The notes below the pieces were generated by a model. It searched no databases. It had not been told where the DNA came from and saw nothing but the letters and a program-made list of their open reading frames with translations. Shown piece by piece: positions 10,335-21,800 of a stretch of DNA of 64,000 nt. The position numbers and the translations under genes are program-made. Within the stretch, counting starts at the first letter, position 1, and the number at the start of each line of letters is the position of its first letter. This DNA comes from a virus, in the IMG/VR virus record IMGVR_UViG_3300013132_005564, positions 20,499 through 84,498 of that record; one strand, 5' to 3'.

Positions 10335-13300
10335 GTGACTCGCCTCGAACGACACCTGACCAAAAGCCCGGGTGAGAAGTCGCTCGGACCGACCATCGGT
10401 GGTGCACCGAGGAACCTGAATCCGTTCACTGCAAGGGACGCCGACCTGGACCTGGTGGTCCTTGAGGACATCGAGACGATCAACTTCGGTCGAGGCGTCC
10501 CGGACCCGACACCCGGCGGAGCCGCGGAGACGCCGTCTGCGCCAAGATTGAGATCGTCCCTCTACGCGAACGACGAAAATTTCGCCGTCGCGGCGATGTC
10601 CGGCCCGGATCGTCGCCGGAGTTTCAGTGAGGAGAAAGACCCAAGCGACATGAGCAATCCGGACGGTCACTTCCCGCGAGAATCCGGACCGATGTGGAAA
10701 GACACGAATTTCACGGCCCTGAACCTCGCGCCGAGGACGCGGAGAGGCGCCAGCCCGGCTTCGGTGAACACGTATCTCCACGCCGAATGGACCGAGCCGT
10801 ACTGGGACGCCGTCAGGGACGACACGGGGATATGGAACTCCCCGCCACCGCCCGAGATGGAGGTCGAGCGCGCCATCTACGACGCCATGAAGAGAGAGAC
10901 GATAGATGTCGGCGGGTACAACGTTCCGTTCCCCAGGCATCCGAAGGAATCCGACTACCACCAGGAGACCGACTCGACGGGTGCCACCTTCACGCACCTC
11001 CGTGCCACGCGAAGTTTCCCCTTCCGCGACAGGGAGAACTCAAGGTGGACGGACGGACACCCGTTGTACCACGCGACACCGACCGGCTCGTTGCCGAAGA
11101 TACTCGCGGAGGGGCTGGTCGCAAGCGCCGAGCGTCAGTTGTGGTTCGGGGCGTCACCGACGGTGTGGAACGAGCAGTTCCCGCACAACGCCCCCCTTCG
11201 GCTGAAGTCACCGGTCAAGGGAATGTCGTTCCTGCGGATCAGCCCGACCGACGCAATGAACGAAAGGCTCTCCCTCCTCGCAAGGGTGAGCGATGTCGAT
11301 CGAGCCACGCTTCCCGGCCATCTGGCGATCGATTCGGCTGGAAATCCAATCGGGCCCAGGGATTCCAGGACGCAACGGGCGGTTGGCCTCTACGGCGACG
11401 CCCTATTTTTTGACGACGTCAAGATACCGGGAGAGAACATCGAGGTCCTGAACCAGAACGGAGAATGGATCCCGTTGTACAAAACGGACCTTTCGGACGT
11501 GGTTTTTGACCCCTCGGACGGCGCCGACGCGGGCATGGGCAACGAAGGCGGCCCGAAAGGGAAAAGGATTTTCAGCAGGTTGTTTCGCGCGAGGGACCGC
11601 GGTGATTCGCAACCACCGCAGGAAGTCGTCCCGACGCCAAAAAGTTGGAAGAGCAACTACTCGAATTCTTACGGGGGAGACGAGTTTGTCAAGGGGGAAC
11701 AGAGGCTGGAGAGAATAAAGCAGCAGGGTTTGGCCGCATCGGGCGAGTGGAGAAAGATCCACAACGACCACTACGACTGGTGGGCCTTCCCGATAGACCG
11801 AGGAAGCGCGTCGTTCGGCGAGACCTTCAACGTGGCGGGCGATCCGCTCGAGAGACTGAAGAAGGACCCGGAATTCCTCAGCAGCCTGGCCAAAATCATG
11901 GAGGTGCAGGCGGCCGCCCTCGGCTGGTCCCTCTACGAGGGCAAGTATTTCGACCGGCTGGATTGGGACAAGGGTCAGGATTGGAACATGGCCTACCCGA
12001 CCAGACTTTGGAAAATGACCAGATCCGCCCAGATCTTCGGCCTTGAGCGGGAGTTCGAGTCTCTGCTGGACCTCCAGGAGTCCCTCGAGGCGGGGGGGAT
12101 CGTGTTCGGCAACCATCGCTCCTACTGGGACAACCCGGGGACGGTGGACGACGTACCCTCGCTCGGAAAATCGTGGACGGAGAGGGAGGATGAACGAAAG
12201 AAAACACAAACGGCGAGTGGCGCCGCCAGCTGGACCAGCCCGTACCGTTCGCAGCCCGAGTATCCCAAGCAGGGTTCCGACGATTCGCAAATGACGCTCC
12301 TGGAGGAGGATCGGGCGTGGGACGCCTATGACAACTACGAACCTCCGGTCTTCCCGGTCGTGTCCGACGCCGAGGAGCTGGCCGACATCCTGTCGGAACC
12401 TGACGAGGTGATCGAGTTCGGTTACCCGTACGAGCGAATAGACAAAGAAACGAGACAGCTGATCGCCGACGACATCTTCTTCGCCGTCTCCCTGTTGATG
12501 GACGGAGAGTTCCCCGACGAGGAGTTCACGGACAGGCTGGAGTCCGCCGAACAGATGAGGCGATACGCGGACGAGCAGGAGGGTCTGTACCCGGACGACG
12601 GGGACATCCTGTACGCCCTGGCCGACGCGCTGGAGAACCCCGTCTCGTTGTACGAGGACGCCGTCTACGAATCAACCGACGGCGAGGCCGGGATGGGGCG
12701 CAAGCCGTCGCCCGAGGTGCGGGCACTCGTCGAACGGGTGGCGGAGATGCACAACGGGGGGAAAAGCGCCACGCAAATCGCCGAGGAGTTGGGGATCACG
12801 CGCTACAGGGTGCACAATTACCGAACGATTGCGAGACGACGGGGATTGCTGACTTCACCCCGTCAACGCACCGCGGCAGAAATGAATGAGTTGATTGGCG
12901 AGGCTACGAGGTTGTACAACGAGGGGAAAACCCGGCCGGAAATGGCGAGGGAAATGAATCTTCCCGTGAGCACGATCAACAACCTTCTGCAACGAGCAAA
13001 CGAGCGCAAGCTACTTCGCAACTACAACCCTCGAGGGTCCGGAAACTTCAAGAGAACCCTCAGAACCCCCGGAAACATCGCCGCCGCCGCCGACAAGTAC
13101 AGGCAGGGAAAGACGACAGCTCAGATCGCCGAAGAACTTGCGTTGACGGAAAGCTCCGTTATCAAACTAATTGGGGAGGCGAGACGCCTGGGGCTGGACG
13201 CGGGACCCCGTCGCTATCGAACTTCGCCCGAGCTTGAGGAACTGATGCTGGAGGTGGCGATCAAGTACGAGGAAGGAAAGCTAATGCGCGAAATTGCGCA

Positions 13301-15626
13301 GGAACTGGACGCCGATGAAACTACTGTCCAAAATCTGGCAAACAGGGCCGCGCAACTGGGTTTGATTCGGAGGGACAGAGTAGAGAGAGCGGGCGACGCC
13401 TCCGATGAATTGACGAAACAGATCATGGCCAAGCTCAGGGAGGGCAAGAGCCAGCGACAAATCGCGCGGGAACTGAACGTTCCCTACCATCGGGTCAACA
13501 ACTTGATCAAGAGGGCCAGACGGGTTCTTGCTCCAGACCCAAGAAAGGCCAGGTTGAGGAACTCATCCGAGTCCCTCGGGGACTCGGGAGCCCCCGACGG
13601 CGAGGCGGGGATGTCCTCCCGAAAAATCCCCAAATTCAACGGAGGCCACAGCAGCAGGGGGAGGGGGACCCCGTCGGGTGACGGCAAGGACCAGGCGATG
13701 AGGGATGTGGCAGACAGCGCCATAGTTGAGTTGGCGAACGACGAGAGGAGCAGTTCGCGTACGACGCTGGAGACGCTCGGGTCGTACCGGGCCGGGAGCA
13801 TGGTCGTGATGCTGGCGAGAAACGGGGAGCTCCGAGGCCTTCCACTGAGGGACGAAACCATCCAGGCAATAACGAACGCCCACGAAGACGGTGCAACGTT
13901 CGTCGTTGGGGACATGCCGGGCGTGGATTCGCAGTTCGTGGACTATTTGGAGAAAATCGGGGCCGACTACACGATCTACCATGCGGGGAGTTCGCCGAGG
14001 TTCAGTCCGCAACCGCCCGACGCGCTCGGGGACGCGCCACCCGAACTCCTGGCGCGCGCGACCGACGACGAGGCGCAGCTAAACGTCCTGTACTCGGTAC
14101 CCGGGGTCGCGGCAAGCGTCAGGATGAGGAGCACCGACGGTGCGCCCGTCGCCCCGGGCAAGAACGCAATCATGAAGCCGTACCTTCTGGCTCCGCACAT
14201 AGACGTGAACGATTTGGACGCGTCGGACCCGGCAATCCAGTCCCTTTCGCCGGCACTGAAGGCCGCCGGGTTGGGATCCTACGAAGTCACCGGGCACTCG
14301 TCCCCGAAGGTCCAGGGACCGGTGGTGAAGGAGTTCGCGGACAGGCTGATAGGTCCCAGTGCCGTCGCCAACGCCGTGCTCGGAACGTTCCCGACCGCGG
14401 ACGAGATGCTGACGATATACGCAGTAAACGCACTCATCAGGGCGAGGGCGGAGTACCTTTCCGACTCCGTCCTCGACGCGGACCAGGTAAACGAGGCAAT
14501 CCTGTTCGGAAGAGTCCTTCAATTACCCCGGAACCTGTGGGAGAAATCGCGGCTCGACCGCTCCGTATACCTCGACCCGTTCTCCTACTTCGGCGGCAAG
14601 TCCAACTTCCTCAAGGCCGTGATCGACGCGTTGCCGGAACGGGTCAGATCCGGGCTGGCCTTCTCCCCCGCCGCGGAGAGGATACCCGGCGTCACCTATC
14701 AGGACCGGTCCTGGGGGGACACCTCGCACTTCGAGAGCATCATAATCAGGGAAGACGACGACCTCTCCAGGAGGTTCGCCCCCATGGTCAGGAATCAGGC
14801 GAAAATAGTGGTGGACCACGCCAGGCGACACGACGAGCTGACGAAGAAGTGGGCGCAAACCGCCTACGACCTGATGAAGGAGGCTGGCCTGACGGACGCA
14901 GAGGTGGCTTTCGTTATCAACGAACACTGGACGAAGGCATCGAGGTTCAAACTCGCCACGGTGCAACCGGGGAGCGTGCTGGGTCACGCGGCGAGGTTGG
15001 GCGTGAAGGCGTTCTCCTCGAGGTACTCGCCGATAAACAGGGCCGTCACCAAGCGCATAGAAAGCGTCCAATCCGGGGGCCTCCGCGAGGAAGAGGATTT
15101 CGGCCTGCACGAGTTCTTCCACCACTACCTGGGCCAGGGTTTCACCAGGCACGGGGAGTACGTAGCGTTCAGGGGTCCGGCCGATCTGATCGATTCCTAC
15201 CACGGGCACATGCAGTGGGCCTGGAACGACACCGGTCAGCTTGGGATGTTCGTCTCCAGGGTCATGACGCAGGAGTTCGGCCGCGACGAACAGCCCGGCG
15301 AGTCGGTCGCCGTTTCGTCGCGCGTACTCTTTGACACCATCGGCAGGGCCATCTACGACAGACTTAAGGAGATGCTCTCTTCGGCCGAGGACAGGCGAAA
15401 AATAATGGATCAGGTCTTCCCAGAATTCCACGGGTTGCCCAGCGAGGACGAGGCGAAGATCAAGGAGCTGATCCGAAGGCAGTTCGCGGTCAGGGACTTG
15501 AGCACCCGCCAGTTTGCGGATAACATGCCCATACTCAGACTGCTCACGGCGCAGGACTTGCTGGTGCCGAAGGCGTACTGGCCCTACGGGGGCGAAACCA
15601 GGATAATCGGAGGGAGCAAACAATGA
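10335..15626 (+). CDS. Giant polyprotein-like protein: leader, ART-like, OGFr-like, HTH array, SLOG-like and HExxH domains
   Basis: GTG start. LYHATPTGSLPKILAEGL (ART/Tpt1-like), IHNDHYDWWAFP (OGFr N-like), about five GKxxxQIAEEL-type HTHs, FVVGDMPGVDSQFVDYL (SLOG-like), LHEFFHHYLGQGF. Linkers at 10590, 11529, 12687, 13605. Confidence 0.85.
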   Translation: MTRLERHLTKSPGEKSLGPTIGGAPRNLNPFTARDADLDLVVLEDIETINFGRGVPDPTPGGAAETPSAPRLRSSLYANDENFAVAAMSGPDRRRSFSEEKDPSDMSNPDGHFPRESGPMWKDTNFTALNLAPRTRRGASPASVNTYLHAEWTEPYWDAVRDDTGIWNSPPPPEMEVERAIYDAMKRETIDVGGYNVPFPRHPKESDYHQETDSTGATFTHLRATRSFPFRDRENSRWTDGHPLYHATPTGSLPKILAEGLVASAERQLWFGASPTVWNEQFPHNAPLRLKSPVKGMSFLRISPTDAMNERLSLLARVSDVDRATLPGHLAIDSAGNPIGPRDSRTQRAVGLYGDALFFDDVKIPGENIEVLNQNGEWIPLYKTDLSDVVFDPSDGADAGMGNEGGPKGKRIFSRLFRARDRGDSQPPQEVVPTPKSWKSNYSNSYGGDEFVKGEQRLERIKQQGLAASGEWRKIHNDHYDWWAFPIDRGSASFGETFNVAGDPLERLKKDPEFLSSLAKIMEVQAAALGWSLYEGKYFDRLDWDKGQDWNMAYPTRLWKMTRSAQIFGLEREFESLLDLQESLEAGGIVFGNHRSYWDNPGTVDDVPSLGKSWTEREDERKKTQTASGAASWTSPYRSQPEYPKQGSDDSQMTLLEEDRAWDAYDNYEPPVFPVVSDAEELADILSEPDEVIEFGYPYERIDKETRQLIADDIFFAVSLLMDGEFPDEEFTDRLESAEQMRRYADEQEGLYPDDGDILYALADALENPVSLYEDAVYESTDGEAGMGRKPSPEVRALVERVAEMHNGGKSATQIAEELGITRYRVHNYRTIARRRGLLTSPRQRTAAEMNELIGEATRLYNEGKTRPEMAREMNLPVSTINNLLQRANERKLLRNYNPRGSGNFKRTLRTPGNIAAAADKYRQGKTTAQIAEELALTESSVIKLIGEARRLGLDAGPRRYRTSPELEELMLEVAIKYEEGKLMREIAQELDADETTVQNLANRAAQLGLIRRDRVERAGDASDELTKQIMAKLREGKSQRQIARELNVPYHRVNNLIKRARRVLAPDPRKARLRNSSESLGDSGAPDGEAGMSSRKIPKFNGGHSSRGRGTPSGDGKDQAMRDVADSAIVELANDERSSSRTTLETLGSYRAGSMVVMLARNGELRGLPLRDETIQAITNAHEDGATFVVGDMPGVDSQFVDYLEKIGADYTIYHAGSSPRFSPQPPDALGDAPPELLARATDDEAQLNVLYSVPGVAASVRMRSTDGAPVAPGKNAIMKPYLLAPHIDVNDLDASDPAIQSLSPALKAAGLGSYEVTGHSSPKVQGPVVKEFADRLIGPSAVANAVLGTFPTADEMLTIYAVNALIRARAEYLSDSVLDADQVNEAILFGRVLQLPRNLWEKSRLDRSVYLDPFSYFGGKSNFLKAVIDALPERVRSGLAFSPAAERIPGVTYQDRSWGDTSHFESIIIREDDDLSRRFAPMVRNQAKIVVDHARRHDELTKKWAQTAYDLMKEAGLTDAEVAFVINEHWTKASRFKLATVQPGSVLGHAARLGVKAFSSRYSPINRAVTKRIESVQSGGLREEEDFGLHEFFHHYLGQGFTRHGEYVAFRGPADLIDSYHGHMQWAWNDTGQLGMFVSRVMTQEFGRDEQPGESVAVSSRVLFDTIGRAIYDRLKEMLSSAEDRRKIMDQVFPEFHGLPSEDEAKIKELIRRQFAVRDLSTRQFADNMPILRLLTAQDLLVPKAYWPYGGETRIIGGSKQ

Positions 15627-15814
15627 ACCAGAACAACAAACGAGACGACATGCCGATCCTGAGGGTCGTCGACTCCGACTCCAAGCTGGAATCCATCGGG
15701 GTGGCCCTGGCGGCGGCGGCGACCGAGGAAGCGGAGTCGCTGGCCGAAGCGCAGGAGGAATGGGACGAGATGGTCAGGACAAGGAGCGGAACCGCCGTGC
15801 GTGCCAGTAGCTAA
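15623..15814 (+). CDS. Small protein coupled to the upstream giant gene (immunity-like position)
   Basis: ATGA overlap with the stop of 10335-15626; GGGAG upstream. Confidence 0.6.
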   Translation: MNQNNKRDDMPILRVVDSDSKLESIGVALAAAATEEAESLAEAQEEWDEMVRTRSGTAVRASS

Positions 15815-15882
15815 GAAATATACGTCTATAATTGTTTGATGATTGTCACGTTCCGCCCCCCGGAACAGAGGGTTTAGGACAG

Positions 15883-18800
15883 ATGTCGCCGATTTCGTCA
15901 AGTTTTCCGCTCAACGCAAGGCTCGTCGCCAAGCACGACAGACGCTCACTGTACGCGCTCAAGGACGGACGCCTGGCCTTCGTGGACCACGCCACGAACA
16001 GGGTGTTCTTCGACGGCGGCAGGGACGCGGGCGGCAGGACGTACGGCAGCGGGCACAACGCGGCGTGGGCCGACTCGAGGATCGACTCGATCACCCGAGC
16101 GGGCGGATCCAGCGCGTTCTTCTCGTTCAAGGCCGCAAAGTTCGGGCAGACGGCGATGCCGGTGGGCGAACCGGTGGACGAGGAACCGATGGAGGACACT
16201 CCGTTCAACAGGGCGCGCAGGTTCATACCGAAGGAATTTCTAGAGTGGTCCGCCAACTACAAACCGGGGGACGCGCTCCCGGTGATGCCCCCCGGCTACG
16301 ACAAGGCGGATCACCTGGACAAGCACCCGGCGAACACCGACAACTACGCGCAGGCGGGGTTCTCCGTCGACGACGTCGTCGTTGCCTCCCTCAGGGCGAT
16401 GGGCATGCCGGAAGTCAACCCAGAACTGGCCTTCATGCCCGAGCCAGGCGAGACAGAGACGAAGGGCTTGCCTCCGCTCGAGGTCAAGGGGATCCTGGGC
16501 AGGGAGATCAGGGACATGGCGCGCAACATCGCCGACTCAATACTCACCGCGAGGGGGTTGTGGAAGGACTCGCTCAACAAGATACGCTGCGGCTCGGGAC
16601 CGAACGCCAACAGGTTCACCGACATATTCGGCACGGGCTGCGACGTCCCCGGGTCGGGGGTGGCGGGCAACGTCGTCGGGGCGGTCCGGGGAGCGGTTGA
16701 TTTGCCGGGTCCGGCCGACGAGATCTTCGGTAGGGTCGAGGGGACGAGGGAGAAACTCGCCGATGTCGTGGAAGGTTCCGATCTTGCGGCGACCCGCGGC
16801 AGCCTGAGATCGCTCCTTGACAGGGCGTCTACTCGGGCACGCGGCGGCGACACGCCACACATAATCGGCGACAACCCGATGGACGATCACGACCCGATGG
16901 CGGGGATGGATCGGACCGGGGCAAGGTACTCGGACAGGACGAAGGGCGGCGGGATCCGGGCGTTGGTGAGTCGCAACATCCGAAAGATGCGAACGAAACG
17001 CGAGGAGAAGAGGTACGACGACGCCGCGCAGAACTACGCGAAGTGGCAGAGCTCAGACGACTACAGGTCGTGGGTCGCGGGCCTCGGGAGGGAACCGACG
17101 GCGCCGGAGAAGCTGGACAGGTTCGCCCAGTGGTCCGGCCTGAACCCGTCGCGCGTCGCGCGGAACCCGGACGGAAGCCCGGTGATGATCGACACCGGGA
17201 GGGTCGACGCCGCAGGCAACCCGATCATGGCCCTCAAGATGGAGGGCGACTCGTCCCCGCACAGCTTCATGGGCATCAACGACATCGCCGCGGGCACCGG
17301 CGGGAAGACGATGTTCGAGGCCCTCGTCGAACAGGCGCTTGACCCGGTCCACGGGGGTGGTCGCCTCGGCATGAGCGACAGGGAAAAGGCGAAAATGAAG
17401 AAGCAGGTTGAGGAGCGTCTCGAGGAGGTCGTGGCCCAGATGATCCACGCCGCCACCAGCAAGGGCGGTCCGCTGATGATCGAGCAGGTGCAACCGGACG
17501 GAACCGTCAGGCGCGTGCCCAACCCCGACCCCGAGGTGAGGGCGAGGGCCGTGACGGCGATGCCTGGTTACCTGAGGCTCAAGGGCGTGGAATTTGCCGG
17601 CGGCGATCTGGCCAACGCGGTGATGGTAACGAGCGTCAACGGTTTCGTGCAGGATCCAAGAGATTTCGCCGGGGGGGAGCGGGTGCCGTTGCTGGACGAA
17701 TTTGGCATACCGAGGGTCGACTCGGCTGGCATGCCCATGTACAGACCGCTGAACCTGTCGGGTGATCTCTCGGCACAGCAACGAGGGTTTGCGATGCAAA
17801 CAGGTGTCTATCCCGAGTGGCTCATATCCGGGGATTCAACACCGTTCCACTTCCAGATATCGATAGACCCGCATTTTCTGACCAGCGAGAGGTACAGGGG
17901 GGAGGTTGCAAGGGAGTTCGGCGCCCACCACCTCGGGATGGAGCCCTCCTCGAAGGCCTTCCTCGCGCACACCCTCGACCACGAGTTTAACCACGTGGAC
18001 GATTTCGCGCACCGCTTGTCGCAGAGGCTCGGCTACACCAGCGAGTCGGAGTTCCGCATGAGGTTGCTGGACCAGTGGGACCCCATAAGCCAGGCCTACA
18101 TGAGCGTCAGGGCGGGCAACGAGTTCGTTGAAGTACCCGGCGGCATCAGGCCGACCAGCGTCAGGGCCGGAACCATCGACCTGCGCGCCGACGCCAAACC
18201 GGGAACCTTCCTGCGATCCCAGATAGACGAACTGGACCGCATACTCAACCACCCCGACACGACGACCGTGACGACCGCAGTCAAGCAGCAAGCGCTGTGG
18301 ATGTTCTACATGAACAATCTGAGGTTCGACGAGGGCATCGCGTCGGCGTACGCCAGGTTCTCGATGGACCAGGGGATGAACAAGAAGACCGTGGCGGAGA
18401 GACTCGAGACGATACGTGAGAACCTGGCAGCGCGCGGATACTCGGAGGAGACGGGAGTCCCACGTATGAAGTTTTGGGACGACATGCTGGACACGCCGAC
18501 CGGGGTGTGGAACCCGTCCACGGGCAGATTTGATTTCTCGGCAGGACCGTTCCCCGCGAACCTTTCCGGCATGAGCCCGCGCGGCCAGGCCCGCCTCGAC
18601 AACGCCGCCTCGAACCTGATCTACGGGTACATCGGCGGCACGTACGCCGGTACCCACGACTTCGAGTTCGTGGCGGAGCTGAGGACGCAACTCAACAGGC
18701 CCGGGGCGCTCAAGGACATCAGGGAAATGCTCGCCGACACCGAGAGGAACCCGTACGGGGTCACCGAGGAGGAGTTCTTCACCACCCTCGCGAAGTTCGT

Positions 18801-21800
18801 CGGTCAGGAGGAGGTCTACAGGTTGCACGGCAGGTCGGACCTCGCAAGGAGGTTCGAGGACGTCTACCCGACACCGCCACCCGGCGGCGGGGCGGGCGGG
18901 GGCGGAAGCCCGCCCACGCCACCCAGACCGCCCGGGGGAGGACTCGGCCCAGGTGTGCCGTCGTCGCCGAGACCACCGAGGGCGGACGATCCCGACGTGC
19001 CCTCGGACGCTCCACCCGCCCCGGACGGGGGATGGCTGAGGGGCTCCGCAACGAGGACTACGGCTCCCGACGGCGGAAGGTTGAGGGGTTCGGCGACCAG
19101 GCCGCCGGCTTCGAGTCCGGACGAACCCGGAGACCCCGGTGAACCTCCGGCGTCCCCGCGGTTGCGCGGGACCGCAACCAGGCCGACGATTCCGATGCGT
19201 CCGTCGGACGAAGATTCCGAAGCTCCCGGCGACGCCCCGGAGCCCGGGGCTCCGTCGAGGGTCCGTGGCACGGGAGTCAGGAGACCGACCAGGCCGAAGA
19301 CCGACGACGATCGCGTGGAGACGACCGACGACGATCTCATAGAGCCGACGATCAGACCCGAAACCGACGCGGACCGAGTGTCGCCCGAAAGACGGAGGGC
19401 CGACACGGCACGGGAACGAAGGCGCCGCGAGGTCATGGGCGACGATGACGGCGACGACACGCCGACATCGGTGAGCGACCTGCTCGACGAAGGCAGGATG
19501 TGGGTCGGCGACACGCGGGATGAAAAACTCGGGAGAAGAAACACCTTCGTGGTGGAACCAGCGCGCAAATGGTATGGCGACGACGAAGAAACGTTCAGGG
19601 CGATCGTTGGTCCGGACGATCTGGGCGAGAGACAAACCAAGCTGGATCTCGAGAGGAGAAGGGACGTCTTGCGTGAGTTGCTCGCCGACGTCCCCGCGGG
19701 AACGCGAGACGAGGAATGGAATCAAAAAGAAAGAATGTTGGACCTTGCGCTCGGTGAAATCTACGCGCAGGAAAATACTCTTGGGTTGCCAGGACCAGAA
19801 CGAATCAGCTACGAGGATGCGGTCAGGAAGAGGAACGCCCCGGCCAACGAGATGGCCGAGCGACGCGAATTGTTCACCGCCGAAGAATTCGACCAACTGG
19901 CGGAGACTGCGGTGCAACGAATCGAAAAAGGAAGACGAGGAAGCGATCTCGACCTTACTTCGCGTGAAACCATTAGGGAAATTCGCTCGGGCGCCAAGAA
20001 ACGTCAGTGGGCCATGAGAAGGCACGCCCAGTCGAAAGACCCACAGGAGCGAAGGGGCATGGACATCTTGAGGGCCGCCCAGGAACTAACACTGATGAAC
20101 GATTTGGGCGACGTGGATGATCGCCTCATGGACGAAGGACTGAAAGACTTGTCGGAACTCGCCGAACTCAACGGAACTCCCCTGTATAACGTTGGTGGCA
20201 GAAGCTTCACCCTGGAATCCTTGCTCCCCGACTGGAAACGGGACGGGACCGGATCCGCCGATCTCACCGACGCCGCGAGTCGCCTGGCGGCCCTGAACGA
20301 AAAGGGCCTGGTGTTCGGGGTTTTCACGGAGGAGGACGCGGACGATCTACTCACTCTCAGGGGGGCCAAACCCGACGCACCATCGTTCTCGGTGAGGGAC
20401 GAGGCCGAATTGCCCAGGCAGAGGATCGGCGGCGACGGTGCCGATGCCGGCATGGCTGGCGGCGACAGATCCAGCAGGTGGAGCGTCGGCGTAGGAAAGA
20501 GCAGGGACGACGCCCAACGAAGAACCGACGATTTGGTCGACTACCTAGCCGAGGGGGACGGGGCGTATCAGACGCCCGAATGGTCGCGGAGTCAGGCTCA
20601 GGCGGCGAGGAACCAGGCCTACAAACAAAGACAGCGACGAGACAATCTGATCAGGAACCTGGAAGGCATTCGTAACGGAACAATCAATCTACCGGCGAAC
20701 CGGCGCGAGCGATCGATCGAGGATCTACAGATCCAACTAGCCGACGCCGAGGCGAAGATACTCCAGCACGAAACGGCGGCGAGGCTGCTCGACCAGCACG
20801 CGGCGAACATAGACGACAGAGTTCGAGTGGACTCCCTCAGAACGCAAGTCGATTCGGATTTGGGACTTGACAACTTGAACCCGGTGAGCTCGCGCACATT
20901 CGGGGACGTCGACGGAATTCTCGGAATAGACGACGGAATGTTGATGGATGGCACGTTTGACGCCAGTGCCGGCATGGCGAGCGGCAACAGATCCAGCTCC
21001 CTCGGGAGGATCGCGAGGGGGAGCTTGAGGGACCGGGCGATGGCCAAGCTGCTCGACAAGGTCCTGGACAGGACCGGCGCGGACGAGGACACCAGGGATA
21101 AGGTGAAGATCGGCGTCGGGCTGGCGACGGCGTTCAGCGCGGGTGGGCCGGCCGGCGCGGCCACCTACGTGGCCGTCGAGGCCGCGAGGAGGGGTGGCAG
21201 GGACCTCGCCGAGTTCACCATAGGCGAGTTGCTGAAGCGCGGCAAGATCGACGACGAGCAGGCCCGCAAGGCCATGGCCGCCGTGGACCGGATAGCCCCC
21301 GATGGTCTGCCGGACGACGCGAAGAGGCGGCTCGGCAGGGCCTTCTCGGAGGCGGCCGACCTCTTCAACGAGAGAATAAACACCCCCGAAAACAGGAGAA
21401 GGCTCGCCGAGATGGGCGAGAACGTCGTTGATTCGGCGAGGCAGCGAGCCCGGGACCTGGGTGGGAGAGTCAGAAGACGGCGCGATTCCGACTCGCCGTT
21501 TGACGCCGATCCTGACGGATTGATTTACGAAGGGCCGAGGTTTGACGACGGACCGAACGCCGGGATGGCGCTTTACAGGCAGCAGAACGTCGTCACAACG
21601 ACGAACGACCCGCCGACCTCAATGAACCCGGGAACGATAACGAGGGACGGAGGATTCCAGGCTAACACGTTTGATTTCGCAACTTACGAATTCGACGGGC
21701 CCGACGGCACGGAACGAATAATCTTCGAGGACCCGAATCTCGTCAACATGGACGATCCTTCAATTCGGGTCATCCCGAGAAATCCGTACGTGATCACCGG

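Noticed and set aside
12681-13613. AGM Met as Shine-Dalgarno-driven internal starts (GAGG in DGEAGM)
   Set aside because: Most linkers (DGADAGM, DGPNAGM) have no SD-like sequence and one has Ile. Kept only as a less likely alternative.
17725-17733. VDSAGMP as a linker
   Set aside because: Followed by Pro, lies inside the zincin module and parallels VDAAGNP; likely a chance match, not counted.
19030-19290. RLRG as a ubiquitin-like RLRGG C-terminus
   Set aside because: No di-glycine and no beta-grasp domain upstream.
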